A stretch of DNA of 64,000 nt from an uncultured Gemmatimonadales bacterium (GCA_963716255.1 OY970303.1:7936001-8000000); one strand, 5' to 3'; positions 18,149 to 44,945 are shown, counted from the first letter of the stretch. A program made the numbers and translations. The notes: generated from the sequence alone by a model not told the origin.

Positions 18149-20056
18149 ATGCCGCGCAGGATCCACGTTCTCCCCGAAAGGCTCGCAAACCAGATCGCCG
18201 CCGGGGAGGTGGTGGAGCGTCCCGCGTCGGTGGTCAAGGAGCTGGTGGAGAACGCCCTGGACGCGGGGGCGGCGCGCATCGAGATCGTCCTGCGGGGCGG
18301 GGGCAAGACGGAGATCAGGGTGGCGGACGACGGCTGGGGGATGGGGCGCGACGACGCGCTGCTCTCGCTGGACCGCCACGCCACCAGCAAGATCAAGGAC
18401 CCCGCGGACCTGGCCCGGATCCGCACCCTGGGCTTCCGCGGCGAGGCGCTGCCGTCCATCGCATCGGTGTCGCGGCTGGTGCTGGAAACGGCGGAGCGCG
18501 ACGCGGACGGCACGCGGGTGGTGGTGAGCGGCGGGCAGACGCAGGGGGTGGAGGGATGCGCGCGGCGGCGGGGGACCACGGTGGCGGTGCGCAGCCTGTT
18601 CTTCAACGTGCCGGCGCGCGCCAAGTTCCTGCGCACGGCGGCCGCGGAGAGCCGGGCCGTGAGCGAGGTGGTGACCACGCTGGCGCTGTCGCACCCGGGG
18701 ATCGCGTTCTCGCTGGAGAGCAACGAGCGCGAGGTCCTGTCGCTCCCGGCGGTCCCGTCGCTGGCGGCGCGGGTGGGCGGGATCTGGGGGGGCGACATGG
18801 CGGATGAGCTGATGCCGGTGGCGCACCGCGACGGCGACGTGGCACTCACCGGGCTGATCCAGCGTCCGCACTCGGCCACGCCCGGCGGGCGGCGCGCGTA
18901 CCTGTTCGTGAACGGCCGCCCTTTCGGCGAGAAGCTGCTGGTGCGCGCGGCGGACCGCGGCTACCGCACCACCATCCCCGAGGGGGTGCATCCCTCGCTC
19001 TTCCTGTTCCTGGAGGTGCCGGACGGGGACGTGGACGTCAACGTCCACCCGGCGAAGGCGGAGGTGCGCTTCCGCGACCGCGCCGCCGTCGAGCGGCTGG
19101 TGGAGGAGGGGGTGCGCGCGGCCCTGTCGGCGCTGGCGAGCACGCCGGCCCTCGGGCGGCGCGACCCGGTGGAGGGGGTGCCGTCGTTCTCGTCGTCCGC
19201 GGGGGCGACGTACCGGCGCGCGGAAGCGGGGCTGCGGGCCACGCGCGAGGCGCCGCCCTTCGGGGAGCCGCGGCGCGAGGCGGCGCCCGGCGGCGGGCGG
19301 GTGGGCTACGGGGGAATGCCGGCGCCGCTGGGCGCGCAGCGCGCGGCGCCGCGGCCGCCGGAGGCGTCGCAGATGGCGCTCTTCTTCTCGGGCGCGCCCC
19401 TGGCCGCGGAGGAGGGGGCGGGCGCGGAGGAGGGCGGGCGCGAGCCGGAGGGGGAGGCGCAGGAGGCGCAGGCGGCGCCGCCGGTGATGTGGCAGGTGCA
19501 CAACACCTACATCCTGGCGGAAACGCGCACCGGTCTGATCCTGGTGGACCAGCACTCGGCCCACGAGCGGGTGCTGTACGAGGAGCTGGTGCGGGGGATC
19601 GAGCGGGGGGAGCGGGCCAGCCAGCGGCTGCTCTTCCCGCTGACGCTGCGGCTGTCGCCGGCGGAGTACGCGCTGGTGGAGGAGGTGTCGGGGATCCTGC
19701 TGCGCGCGGGGTTCGAGATCGAGCCCTTCGGCGGGCGGGCGGTGATCGTGCACGGGGTTCCCAACCCGCACCCGCACTTCGACGCGGAGCGCTGCCTGCG
19801 CGAGATGATCGCGGAATTGACGGAGGGTTCTGACCTGGTGGACTCGGTGCGGAGCCAGGGGCAGCGGATCGCGCTGTCGTTCGCATGCAAGGGCGCCATC
19901 AAGGCGGGGCAGAAGCTGTCGCAGGAGGAGATGCGCGAGCTGTTCGACCGGCTGTTCGCCACGGAATTGCCGTACCACGACATCCACGGGCGGCCGACCG
20001 TCATCCAGCTGTCGCTCAAGGAGCTGCACAACCGCTTCGGGCGAGGAGGGGTGTGA
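18149..20056 (+). CDS. mutL: DNA mismatch repair protein MutL
   Basis: NQIAAGEVVERPASVVKELVENALDAGA, RHATSKI, GFRGEALPSI, VDVNVHPAK, endonuclease motif DQHSAHERVLYE, ACKGAIK, HGRPT. Confidence 0.97.
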   Translation: MPRRIHVLPERLANQIAAGEVVERPASVVKELVENALDAGAARIEIVLRGGGKTEIRVADDGWGMGRDDALLSLDRHATSKIKDPADLARIRTLGFRGEALPSIASVSRLVLETAERDADGTRVVVSGGQTQGVEGCARRRGTTVAVRSLFFNVPARAKFLRTAAAESRAVSEVVTTLALSHPGIAFSLESNEREVLSLPAVPSLAARVGGIWGGDMADELMPVAHRDGDVALTGLIQRPHSATPGGRRAYLFVNGRPFGEKLLVRAADRGYRTTIPEGVHPSLFLFLEVPDGDVDVNVHPAKAEVRFRDRAAVERLVEEGVRAALSALASTPALGRRDPVEGVPSFSSSAGATYRRAEAGLRATREAPPFGEPRREAAPGGGRVGYGGMPAPLGAQRAAPRPPEASQMALFFSGAPLAAEEGAGAEEGGREPEGEAQEAQAAPPVMWQVHNTYILAETRTGLILVDQHSAHERVLYEELVRGIERGERASQRLLFPLTLRLSPAEYALVEEVSGILLRAGFEIEPFGGRAVIVHGVPNPHPHFDAERCLREMIAELTEGSDLVDSVRSQGQRIALSFACKGAIKAGQKLSQEEMRELFDRLFATELPYHDIHGRPTVIQLSLKELHNRFGRGGV

Positions 20057-20076
20057 GGGTTTCCTCTGTCTTTGGC

Positions 20077-20234
20077 GGGCCGCTACGGAGCCAGGCCAAA
20101 CTGCGGCCTGTCTCCTCCGCGGGCTCCGGGAGCCCCACGATACGGCTGTGGGTTTCCCTTCGCCGGAGGGAGCCTCGCCGAACTGCCGGCGAGTCTCCCT
20201 CCGTACAGAGTGATGTGGGTACTGCGGGAACTGC
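20077..20234. repeat. Triple-hairpin repeat (family E), copy 2
   Basis: Same architecture and ends as 5971-6130 but with different stem sequences. Confidence 0.75.
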
Positions 20235-20286
20235 GGAACGGCAACGGCGGAACGGCCCGGGAACGGCGCCGCTCCGCCGTTCGTCT

Positions 20287-20330
20287 TGCTCCCCTCCCCC
20301 TTGCGGGGAGGGGCCGGGGGAGGGGCTCCC
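20287..20330. repeat. Repeat module B (inverted), abutting the miaA start
   Basis: TGCTCCCCTCCCCCTTGCGGGGAGGGGCCGGGGGAGGGG, close to 62231-62278. Confidence 0.7.
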
Positions 20331-21278
20331 ATGACCCCCGAGGCCCTGGTGCTGGTGGGCCCCACGTCGTCGGGGAAGACGGCGCTCTCCGTGGAGGTGG
20401 CGCGGCGGCTGGACGGGGAGATCGTCTCCATGGACTCGCGCTCGGTGTTCCGGGGGATGGACGTGGGGACGGCGAAGCCCACGCCGGAGGAGCGCGGCGG
20501 GGTGCCGCACCACGGGATCGACCTGGTGGAGCCGGACGTGCGCTTCAGCGCGGGGGAGTTCGCGCGCTACGCCCGCCCCAGGATCGCGGAGATCCGCGCC
20601 CGCGGCCGGGTGCCGATGCTGGTGGGCGGAACCGGTTTCTTTCTCCGCGCGCTCACGCACCCTATCTTTCGCGAGCCGGAGCTGGACCCGGCGGCGCGCG
20701 CGCGGCTGGCGGCGGAGCTGGAGGCGCTGGACGACGCGGAGCTGCTGGCGCGGCTCCGCGAGGTGGACCCCGACGCCGCGGCGAAGTTCGCCGCCTGGGG
20801 AGGGCGCCAGCGGGTGCTGCGGGCGCTGGAGGTGCCGCTGCTCACCGGCCGGACGCTGGCCTGGTGGCACGCCCACTCGCCCCCGGAGGAGCCCCCGGTG
20901 CCGGTGCTCCCCTTCGTGCTGGAGGTGCCGCGCCCGGTGCTGGCGGAGCGCATCGACCGGCGGGTCCGGGAGATGGTGCGGGGCGGGCTGCTGGACGAGG
21001 TGCGCGGCCTCCTGGAGCGCTACGGCCCCGCGGCCCCGGGCCTGAACGCCCACGGCTACGCGGAGCTGGTGCCGTACTTCGCCGGCGAGCGCACGCTGGA
21101 GGAGGCGCTGGAGCTGGTGAAAAAGAACACCCGGGCCTACACCAAGCGCCAGGCGACCTGGTTCCGCACCCAGCTCCCCCCCGGCGCCGTCTGGCTGGAC
21201 GGCACGAGGCCGAAGGAGAAGCTGGCGGACGAGATCGCGGCGCGCTGGCGGGAAGGAACGGCAGAGGACAGAGAATAG
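20331..21278 (+). CDS. miaA: tRNA dimethylallyltransferase
   Basis: GPTSSGKT, EIVSMDSRSVFRGMDVGTAKP, VPHHGIDLV, VGGTGFF, TRAYTKRQATWFR; follows mutL. Confidence 0.95.
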   Translation: MTPEALVLVGPTSSGKTALSVEVARRLDGEIVSMDSRSVFRGMDVGTAKPTPEERGGVPHHGIDLVEPDVRFSAGEFARYARPRIAEIRARGRVPMLVGGTGFFLRALTHPIFREPELDPAARARLAAELEALDDAELLARLREVDPDAAAKFAAWGGRQRVLRALEVPLLTGRTLAWWHAHSPPEEPPVPVLPFVLEVPRPVLAERIDRRVREMVRGGLLDEVRGLLERYGPAAPGLNAHGYAELVPYFAGERTLEEALELVKKNTRAYTKRQATWFRTQLPPGAVWLDGTRPKEKLADEIAARWREGTAEDRE

Positions 21279-21311
21279 GGGATAGGGGACAGGGGACAGC
21301 CTGCAACGGCG

Positions 21312-21588
21312 ACCCCCCTCCCCCCGGCCCCCTCCCCCGCTAAGGGGGGAGGGGGAGCAGGGCGGAGCCGAGGGACAGGAAGCCCTCCCCCAGAATTGGG
21401 GGATATTGGGGGAAAGCCGTGCGAGCCTGAAGCGAGCCGGGTGGGGGCCGCCTTCGCGTGAGGGATTTCGGCCCGAAGGGGCGAGACCCGGCGGGGCTGT
21501 TTCCGCCGGGGCTCGACTCCGTTGCAGACGGTTGTTTCGTCTGCTACGGAGCCGAAGCCCGACCCCGGCGCCAGCCGGGGGCACGCCC
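21312..21588 (-). repeat. Composite hairpin repeat, copy 4 (B 21312-21359, D 21378-21450, A 21455-21588)
   Basis: Module A is inverted. The B+D part nearly matches the in-frame NRPS inserts. Confidence 0.9.
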
Positions 21589-21627
21589 ACACCATGCAGT
21601 TCAACCGTTCCTTACGAAACGAAACCC

Positions 21628-22803
21628 GTGAAGATCGGAATCACCTGCTACCCGACGTACGGCGGCTCGGGGGCCATCGCGACGGAGCTGGGGATCGAGC
21701 TGGCAAAGCGCGGCCACGAGATCCACTTCATCTCGTACGCGCAGCCCTTCCGCCTGCCGCACTTCATGGAGCGCGTCTACTTCCACGAGGTGGACGACAA
21801 CCGCTATCCCCTCTTCGAGTACTCGCCCTACCCGCTGACGCTGGCGGTGATGATGCACGAGGTGGCGATCCGCGAGGAGCTGGACCTGCTGCACGTGCAC
21901 TACGCCATCCCGCACGCCACCTCGGCGTGGATCGCAAAGGAGATGCTGGGCGAGGGGCACGACCTCAAGATCATCACCACGCTGCACGGCACGGACATCA
22001 CGCTGGTGGGACAGGACCGCTCGTACTGGCCCATCACCCGCTTCTCCATCGCCAAGTCGGACGGGATCACGGCGGTCTCGGACTTCCTCAAGCAGGAGAC
22101 GGTGGACCACTTCCAGGTGCCGCCGGCGGACATCGAGGTGATCCCCAACTTCGTGGACGCGTCACTCTACGACCGCGACCGCTACCCCTGCCGCAAGCAG
22201 GCGCTGCTGGAGCCCGGGGAGAAGCTGGTGATGCACGTGTCCAACTTCCGCAAGGTGAAGCGGGTGGGCGACGTGGTGCGGACCTTCGCGGGGATCCAGG
22301 AGCAGGTGCCCTCGCGCCTGGTGCTGGTGGGCGACGGGCCGGAGCGCCCGGACGCCATCGCCGTGGCGGAGGAGCTGGGGGTGGCCGGCCGGGTGATCTT
22401 TCTGGGGAAGCAGGACTCGGTGGCGGAGCTCATGGCGTGCGCGGACCTGCTCCTGCTCCCCTCGCAGTCGGAGTCGTTCGGGCTGGTGGCGCTGGAGGCC
22501 ATGGCGGCGGGGGTGCCGGTGGTGGCCAGCGCGGTGGGCGGGCTCCCGGAGGTGGTGGAGGACGGGGTCAACGGCTTCCTCCGGCCGGTGGGCGCCACGC
22601 GGGAGATGGCGGAGGCGGCGGTCTCGCTGCTGCGCGACCCGGTACGGTGGAACGAGTTCTCGCGCTCGGCGCGGACGACGGCGCGGGAGCGCTACGGGGT
22701 GGACGTGATCGTCCCCCAGTACGAGCGCTACTACCGGCGCGTCCTGGCCGGCGGCGGAGCGGGCGGTGCGGAGCTCCCCCGGGCGGCGGCGGGGGGCGCA
22801 TGA
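21628..22803 (+). CDS. bshA: N-acetyl-alpha-D-glucosaminyl L-malate synthase
   Basis: KIGITCYPTYGGSG, LLHVHYAIPHA, TTLHGTDITLVG, HVSNFRKVKR, ESFGLVALEAMA; GTG start. Confidence 0.93.
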   Translation: MKIGITCYPTYGGSGAIATELGIELAKRGHEIHFISYAQPFRLPHFMERVYFHEVDDNRYPLFEYSPYPLTLAVMMHEVAIREELDLLHVHYAIPHATSAWIAKEMLGEGHDLKIITTLHGTDITLVGQDRSYWPITRFSIAKSDGITAVSDFLKQETVDHFQVPPADIEVIPNFVDASLYDRDRYPCRKQALLEPGEKLVMHVSNFRKVKRVGDVVRTFAGIQEQVPSRLVLVGDGPERPDAIAVAEELGVAGRVIFLGKQDSVAELMACADLLLLPSQSESFGLVALEAMAAGVPVVASAVGGLPEVVEDGVNGFLRPVGATREMAEAAVSLLRDPVRWNEFSRSARTTARERYGVDVIVPQYERYYRRVLAGGGAGGAELPRAAAGGA

Positions 22804-23651
22804 CGCTCTCGGCGGAGGTGAGGATGCTGCTGGAAATGGCGCTGGCGGAGGACGTGGGCTCGGGCGACCGGACCACGCTGTGGACCTTTCCGGCGGGGAC
22901 GCGGGGGGAGGCGGAGATCGTCGCCAAGGAGGGCGGGACGCTGGCGGGGATGCCGGTGTGCGTGGCGGCCTTCCAGGCGGTGGACCCGTCGCTGGCGGTG
23001 GAATCGCTGGCGGAGGACGGCGCGCAGGTGGAGCCGGGCGCGGTGGTGCTGCGGGCGCGCGGGTCGGCGGCGTCCATCCTCACGGCGGAGCGCACGGCGC
23101 TCAACTTCCTCCAGCAGCTTTCCGGGGTGGCGACGGCGACGCGCCGCTACGTGCGCGCGGTGGAGGGGACGGGCGCGCGGGTGATCGACACGCGCAAGAC
23201 GACGCCGGGAATGCGCCTGCTGGAAAAGGACGCGGTGCGCGCGGGCGGCGGGGCCAACCACCGCTTCGGGCTCCACGACATGGTGCTGATCAAGGACAAC
23301 CACATCGCCGCGGCGGGGGGGATCGCGGCGGCGGTGCGCGCGGTCCGGGAGCACAACGTGGAGCGGCTCAGGGTGGAGGTGGAGACCACCACGCCGGAGG
23401 AGGTGGAGGAGGCGCTGGCGGCGGGGGTGGACCGCATCATGTTCGACAACATGCCGACCCCGCTGCTGGCGCGGATGGTGGCGCGGGTGCACGCCGCCGG
23501 CGCGGGGCGCCCGGAAACGGAGGCGTCGGGCGGGATCACGCTGGACTCCATCCGCGCGGTGGCGGAGACGGGGGTGGACTTCATCTCGGTGGGGGCGCTG
23601 ACGCACTCGGCCCCGGCGCTGGACCTGTCGCTGCGCCTGCGGCAGGGCTGA
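22800..23651 (+). CDS. nadC: Nicotinate-nucleotide diphosphorylase (carboxylating)
   Basis: ALAEDVGSGDRT, ERTALNFLQQLSGVAT, DTRKTTPG, NHRFGL, LIKDNH, EASGGI, ISVGALTHS; ATGA overlap with bshA. Confidence 0.95.
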   Translation: MTLSAEVRMLLEMALAEDVGSGDRTTLWTFPAGTRGEAEIVAKEGGTLAGMPVCVAAFQAVDPSLAVESLAEDGAQVEPGAVVLRARGSAASILTAERTALNFLQQLSGVATATRRYVRAVEGTGARVIDTRKTTPGMRLLEKDAVRAGGGANHRFGLHDMVLIKDNHIAAAGGIAAAVRAVREHNVERLRVEVETTTPEEVEEALAAGVDRIMFDNMPTPLLARMVARVHAAGAGRPETEASGGITLDSIRAVAETGVDFISVGALTHSAPALDLSLRLRQG

Positions 23652-23658
23652 GGCGGGG

Positions 23659-24492
23659 ATGATCGAGGAGCGGACGGAGCGCTGGGAGGGCCGCGCGGGC
23701 GCGGAGCTGGCGGCGGCGTGGGGGATCCCCGCGCTGCACCCGTTCCTCAGCGTGGGCTCCACCAACGACGTGGCCCGCGCGCTGGCGGAGGCCGGGGCGC
23801 CGGCCGGCACCGCGGTGATCGCGGAGGAGCAGCGGGCGGGGCGGGGAAGGGGCGGCCGGCACTGGGTGTCGCCGCCGGGGCTGGGGATCTGGCTGTCGGT
23901 GGTGCTGCGCCCGGCGGAGCTGCCGGCCCCGGGGCTGCTCCCGCTGCGGGTGGGGCTGGCGGCGGCGGCGGCGCTGGACGCCTTCGCGCGGCCCGGGCGG
24001 GTGGACGTGAAGTGGCCCAACGACCTGCTGGTGGCCGGCCGCAAGCTGGGCGGGATCCTGTGCGAGGGGAGCTGGGACGCGGCGGGGGTGAGCTTCGTGG
24101 TGGCGGGAATCGGGGTCAACGCCGCCCACGCGCCGGACGACTTCCCGGCGTTGCTGCGGGAGCACGCCACCTCGCTGCGCATGGCGGCGGGGTGGAGTCC
24201 GCCGCGCGTGGAGGTGGCGGGCGCCCTGGCGCGCGCCCTCGTCGCGCTCCCCACCCGCTTCGCCGCGACGCTCTCGGACGGGGAGCTGGCGGAGCTGGAG
24301 CGCCGCGACGCGCTCCGCGGCCTGGCCGTGCGCGTCACCGCCGAGGGCGCCGCACCGCTGGAGGGGCTGGCGCAGGGCGTGGCGCCCGACGGCGCCCTGC
24401 GCCTGCGCACCGCGGACGGCGCGGTCGTGGCGGTGCACTCGGGCACCGTGCGCCCCCTGGGCGACGGCGCCTCCGTCCCCATGGCGGACTAG
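23659..24492 (+). CDS. birA: Biotin-[acetyl-CoA-carboxylase] ligase (no HTH)
   Basis: GSTNDVA, AEEQRAGRGRGGRHWVSP, KWPNDL, RKLGGILCE, GIGVN. Confidence 0.92.
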   Translation: MIEERTERWEGRAGAELAAAWGIPALHPFLSVGSTNDVARALAEAGAPAGTAVIAEEQRAGRGRGGRHWVSPPGLGIWLSVVLRPAELPAPGLLPLRVGLAAAAALDAFARPGRVDVKWPNDLLVAGRKLGGILCEGSWDAAGVSFVVAGIGVNAAHAPDDFPALLREHATSLRMAAGWSPPRVEVAGALARALVALPTRFAATLSDGELAELERRDALRGLAVRVTAEGAAPLEGLAQGVAPDGALRLRTADGAVVAVHSGTVRPLGDGASVPMAD

Positions 24493-24589
24493 ACGGCCGG
24501 CGGTCCGGGACGGGGGCAGGGGGAGCCTGCAGACTGCAACGGGGGGGGGCACGGCCCCGGCTTCGCTCCTGGAAACGACGTAAATCATG

Positions 24590-24622
24590 CGCCCCGCGAG
24601 ACTTCGGTCTCGCGGGGCGTTT
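24590..24622 (+). terminator. Intrinsic terminator after birA
   Basis: CGCCCCGCGAGA-CTTCGG-TCTCGCGGGGCG followed by TTT (cUUCGg loop). Confidence 0.6.
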
Positions 24623-24772
24623 GTAATCATATGACGTGAAACAAAACACTTGACGTCGCCACTTCGAAAATATATCTATACGGTGCGTTCATTTTCAGAC
24701 TGATTATGAAACCGGATGAGTCCTGAGTCTGATTGGAGCCGTTTTTCGCGATCTGGATCCAAGGAGCTGTCG

Positions 24773-25915
24773 ATGATTCGCAGGGCGTTCGCCGTCGCTT
24801 CAGTGCTTCTTTCCTCGTGGGCCGCCACGGACCTGTCGTCGCAGGCGACGCGGCTCCCGGCGGGTGACGTCGCGATCACGGCGCGCCCGCAGGTGAGCTT
24901 CACGGTGGGTGTGGAGGACGGGCAGGACTGGGAAGTGTTCGCGAGCGTGGGGGACGTGGCGTTCGACTCCAGGGACAACCTGTACGTCCTGGACCGCGGA
25001 AACTCGCGCGTGGTGGCGTTCGACTCCACGGGGCGCTTCCTGCGCATCATCGGCAAGCGAGGAAACGGCCCCGGAGAGCTCGCCATGCCGCAGCGGATGA
25101 CGGTGGCCGGCGACGAGGTGGTGGTGTCCGACCTGGCGCGGAGGTCGTTCAGCGTCTTCGGCGTCGACGGCTCGTTCCTCCGCAGCATTCCGTTCGCCCA
25201 CGGCTCCATGATGGTCGGCGAAAGGCTGGCGGTGCACCCCCGCGGCGGCGTGGTGTCGCTCTTCTCGCGGGCCCCTGGGTTGAACTCGCCCCGCGCACAG
25301 GTGGTGTGGCAGCCTCTCGGGGGCGCGCCCGCCGCGCCGCTCTTCACTGCGCCGCCGTCGCGCTCGGCGCTGGTATTCGCTCCCTCCACGCGGTACGCCC
25401 TCATGCCGGGGGGCGCACTGGCCGTGGCGAGCACCGAAGCGTACTCCGTGAGGATCCTAGCGCCGAACGGCGCCTCCACGCGCGTCCTGGAGCGCGCGGT
25501 CGCCCCGCGGCGGGTGACGGCGCGCGACCGGGAGCAGGAAAGGAAGCGCCGCGAGGGATTCGGGCGTCCGGGCGCGCTCACCATCGTGGGGCCCGGAGCG
25601 AACGCGCTTCCCGCCTCGGTGCATGCCCAGGTCGCCCGGCAGTTCCAGAACGTGGAGTTCGCCGCCGTGATGCCGGTGATCCAGGCGCTGCAGACGGACG
25701 CGGCGGGGAACCTCTGGATCCAGCGCACCGGACCCGCGGTCGGCCGCCCGGGGCCCATCGACATCGTCACCCCGCAGGGGCGCTACGTGGGCACCCTCAC
25801 CAGCGTGCGGCTCCCCGACGCATTCAGCGCCCGGGGACGGGCGGCGTACATAGATACGGATGATCTCGGCGTGGCCAGGGTGGTGGTGCTCCGCCTGCCG
25901 CGCCGCTGGCGGTAG
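24773..25915 (+). CDS. Secreted 6-bladed beta-propeller (NHL-like) protein
   Basis: AAGGAG RBS, signal peptide, DVAFDSRDNLYVLDRGNSRVVAFDSTGRFLRIIGKRGNGPGEL, C-terminal DTDDLGVARVVVLRL. Confidence 0.8.
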   Translation: MIRRAFAVASVLLSSWAATDLSSQATRLPAGDVAITARPQVSFTVGVEDGQDWEVFASVGDVAFDSRDNLYVLDRGNSRVVAFDSTGRFLRIIGKRGNGPGELAMPQRMTVAGDEVVVSDLARRSFSVFGVDGSFLRSIPFAHGSMMVGERLAVHPRGGVVSLFSRAPGLNSPRAQVVWQPLGGAPAAPLFTAPPSRSALVFAPSTRYALMPGGALAVASTEAYSVRILAPNGASTRVLERAVAPRRVTARDREQERKRREGFGRPGALTIVGPGANALPASVHAQVARQFQNVEFAAVMPVIQALQTDAAGNLWIQRTGPAVGRPGPIDIVTPQGRYVGTLTSVRLPDAFSARGRAAYIDTDDLGVARVVVLRLPRRWR

Positions 25916-26028
25916 CTGCGCCAGCCGCCCGTCCCCGTTCTTCTCTCAATACTTCCCGAGCGTGTCCGCGCCGCCCCCTCTAGGCGGTGTGGTTGCAGGT
26001 CCCCACTCATCTGTTCAAGGGAGGCGTT

Positions 26029-26247
26029 ATGCGGAAGGTGAAACATCTGCTGATGGCCGTCGTGGCCGCGACCACGCTGACGGTGGGCGCTCCGCCGCAG
26101 GCTTCGGCCGCCGAGGTGACGGCGGCGTCGATCCAGGCGGCCCTGCTCCCCGACGGGACCTACGCGGTGGTGGAGAATGGCAGGGTCATCGGCTACATCA
26201 CCATCAGGAACGGCGTGATCGTTGGCTCTTCTTCTCCCCAGAACTGA
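26029..26247 (+). CDS. Small secreted protein (72 aa), paralog 1
   Basis: GGGAGG RBS; signal peptide MRKVKHLLMAVVAATTLTVGAPPQASA; similar to the next ORF. Confidence 0.65.
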   Translation: MRKVKHLLMAVVAATTLTVGAPPQASAAEVTAASIQAALLPDGTYAVVENGRVIGYITIRNGVIVGSSSPQN

Positions 26248-26356
26248 CCATGCGGGCGCCCCGCGGGACCTCGGATCCCGCGGGGCGGCCTGGTTGTGCA
26301 GAGGTCATCCGCGGTCCGCCCACTAGACCCAGCATACACAATTCACGAGAGCGGTC

Positions 26357-26575
26357 ATGAAAGTGAAATACCTGATGATGGTCGCCGTCGCAGCCGCGAG
26401 CACACTGATGGTGAGCGCAGCGCCCCGTCCCGCAGTTGCCGAAACAGCGAGCGTGGCGACCGTTGCCGCAGGAGGGATGTATCCGATCTACGACAGCAGC
26501 GGAAAGCTCATCGGGTATGTCTTCCCGGATATGGGTGAAGTGATCAAACCGCACGCCGGCAGCAGCGCAAACTGA
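26357..26575 (+). CDS. Small secreted protein (72 aa), paralog 2
   Basis: Signal peptide MKVKYLMMVAVAAASTLMVSAAPRPAVA; GMYPIYDSSGKLIGYV aligns with GTYAVVENGRVIGYI of paralog 1. Confidence 0.65.
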   Translation: MKVKYLMMVAVAAASTLMVSAAPRPAVAETASVATVAAGGMYPIYDSSGKLIGYVFPDMGEVIKPHAGSSAN

Positions 26576-27019
26576 TGGACGCGGGCGCCTCGTGGGATTC
26601 CGGTTCCCTCGGGGCGCACAGCCCCGCCGCGGCGCCGGACCCGTAGCTGCACCCTCCCCTTCGCGACCCATTTCCCTTCCGGGACTCCCTCCCAGGCCGC
26701 TCCGATCTCCCGCTTCCTGTCCGGCCACGAGTTGGACGATTCCGTTCCCGAGACTCGATCTGCCTCCTCTCGCCGGCCCCCCTCCGTACTTGACTCCAGC
26801 CCCTGCTGTGGGTAGTCTCAACGAGTCGGGAAATACGCTCGATTCGCTCCCGGCACCGCCGCGCCGCCCTCTCGCTTCCGCGCGACCCGGCGCCTCTCCC
26901 GCAGTCCAAACGGCCCACCCGTCGCACGCCCCCGGACAGCTCCGAATGCGACGGGAACGAGCACACCGCACCTCCCGCGGAGCCCCGGCCGGCGCACACC
27001 CCCTGAAGCGGAGACCTCG

Positions 27020-28231
27020 ATGCTGCTGCAAGCTTCCCCGGAGCCGATGCGCGTCGCCACGTGGGCGCGGACGATCAAGCCGTCCACGATCAACGAGATG
27101 CTGAAGCTCACGGCCGGGCCGGGGCTGACCTCGTTCGCGTTGGGCCTTCCCGCGCCGGAGCTCTTCCCCACGGAGAAGTACGCCCGGGCGGCCGAGCGGG
27201 TGCTGACCACCGACCCGCGGGCGCTCCAGTACGGCCCGGCGTTCCGGCCGCTGAAGGCGCAGATCGTGGAGATCATGCGCGCCCGGGGCGTGGAGTGCAC
27301 CGAGGAGCAGGTGGTGGTGACGGCGGGGGCGCAGCAGGCGCTCAGCATCCTTTCGCGCTTCCTGCTGGACCCGGGCGGGCAGCTATTGCTGGAGCAGGTG
27401 GCGTACACCGGCTTCCAGCAGGTGTACGAGCCCTTCCAGCCGGAGCTGCTGGTGGTTCCCACCAGCCTGGAGCGGGGGATCGACGTCGACGCGGTGGAGG
27501 CGTATCTTGCCGCCGGCGCGAAGCCCGCCTTCATGTACGTGGTGTCGGACGGCCACAACCCGCTGGGGATCAGCCTGGACGTGGAGAGCCGCGACCGCCT
27601 GGTGGCGCTGGCGCGCCGCTACGGCGTCCCCATCGTGGAGGACGACGCGTACGGCCTGCTGTACTACGGCGAGGAGGGCTCGGGCCTCCTCCCCATGCGG
27701 GCCCAGGAGGACGAGTGGGTGTTCTACGTGGGATCGTTCTCCAAGGTGCTGGCGCCGGCGGCGCGGGTGGGGTGGATCATCGCCCCCAGGCACCTGGTCC
27801 CGGCCATCTCGGGAACCAAGGACGCCTGCGACCTGGACATGAACAACTTCGCCCAGCGGGTCGTCTCGGCCTTCCTGGCGGAGGGGTACCTGGACGCCCA
27901 CCTGGACATGCTCCGCCGGGAGTACCGGACCCGCCGCGACCTGATGGACGCGGCGCTGCGCGAGCACTTCCCGGCGGGCACGCGCTGGCGCGTCCCCAGC
28001 AACGGGGCGCTGATGTGGGCGGAGCTCCCCGAGGAGATCGACTGCGGGGCGCTGCTGCGCGAGGCGGTGGACACGGAGCGCGTGGCCTACGTTCCCGGGA
28101 ACGCCTTCACCACGGACGGGTCGCGCCACGCGCGCAACTGCATGCGGCTCAACTTCTCCTTCCCCGGACGGGAGGAGATCCGGGAAGGGATCGCCGCGCT
28201 CGGCAGGGTGATGAGGGCGCACGCGGCGTAG
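27020..28231 (+). CDS. PLP-dependent class I aminotransferase (LysN/ARO8-like), first gene of the BGC
   Basis: SFALGLPAPELFP, ALQYG, TAGAQQAL, HNPLG, EDDAYG, GSFSKVLAPAARVGW, MRLNFSF. Confidence 0.88.
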   Translation: MLLQASPEPMRVATWARTIKPSTINEMLKLTAGPGLTSFALGLPAPELFPTEKYARAAERVLTTDPRALQYGPAFRPLKAQIVEIMRARGVECTEEQVVVTAGAQQALSILSRFLLDPGGQLLLEQVAYTGFQQVYEPFQPELLVVPTSLERGIDVDAVEAYLAAGAKPAFMYVVSDGHNPLGISLDVESRDRLVALARRYGVPIVEDDAYGLLYYGEEGSGLLPMRAQEDEWVFYVGSFSKVLAPAARVGWIIAPRHLVPAISGTKDACDLDMNNFAQRVVSAFLAEGYLDAHLDMLRREYRTRRDLMDAALREHFPAGTRWRVPSNGALMWAELPEEIDCGALLREAVDTERVAYVPGNAFTTDGSRHARNCMRLNFSFPGREEIREGIAALGRVMRAHAA

Positions 28232-28301
28232 GGGCGCCTTTCCGCGCGGCCGGGAGGTCGGGGGGCGGGAAACCGCCCTTTTTCCGTTTATCTGCCATCG
28301 C

Positions 28302-44941
<16,640 letters not shown>

Positions 44942-44945
44942 GCAG

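Noticed and set aside
18149..24492. mutL-miaA-bshA-nadC-birA run
   Set aside because: Ordinary housekeeping genes with intact motifs.
26580..27015. Pyrimidine-rich leader upstream of the BGC and ORF 26592..27104
   Set aside because: Pro-rich ORF without RBS or motifs; no convincing promoter or RNA structure identified by eye.
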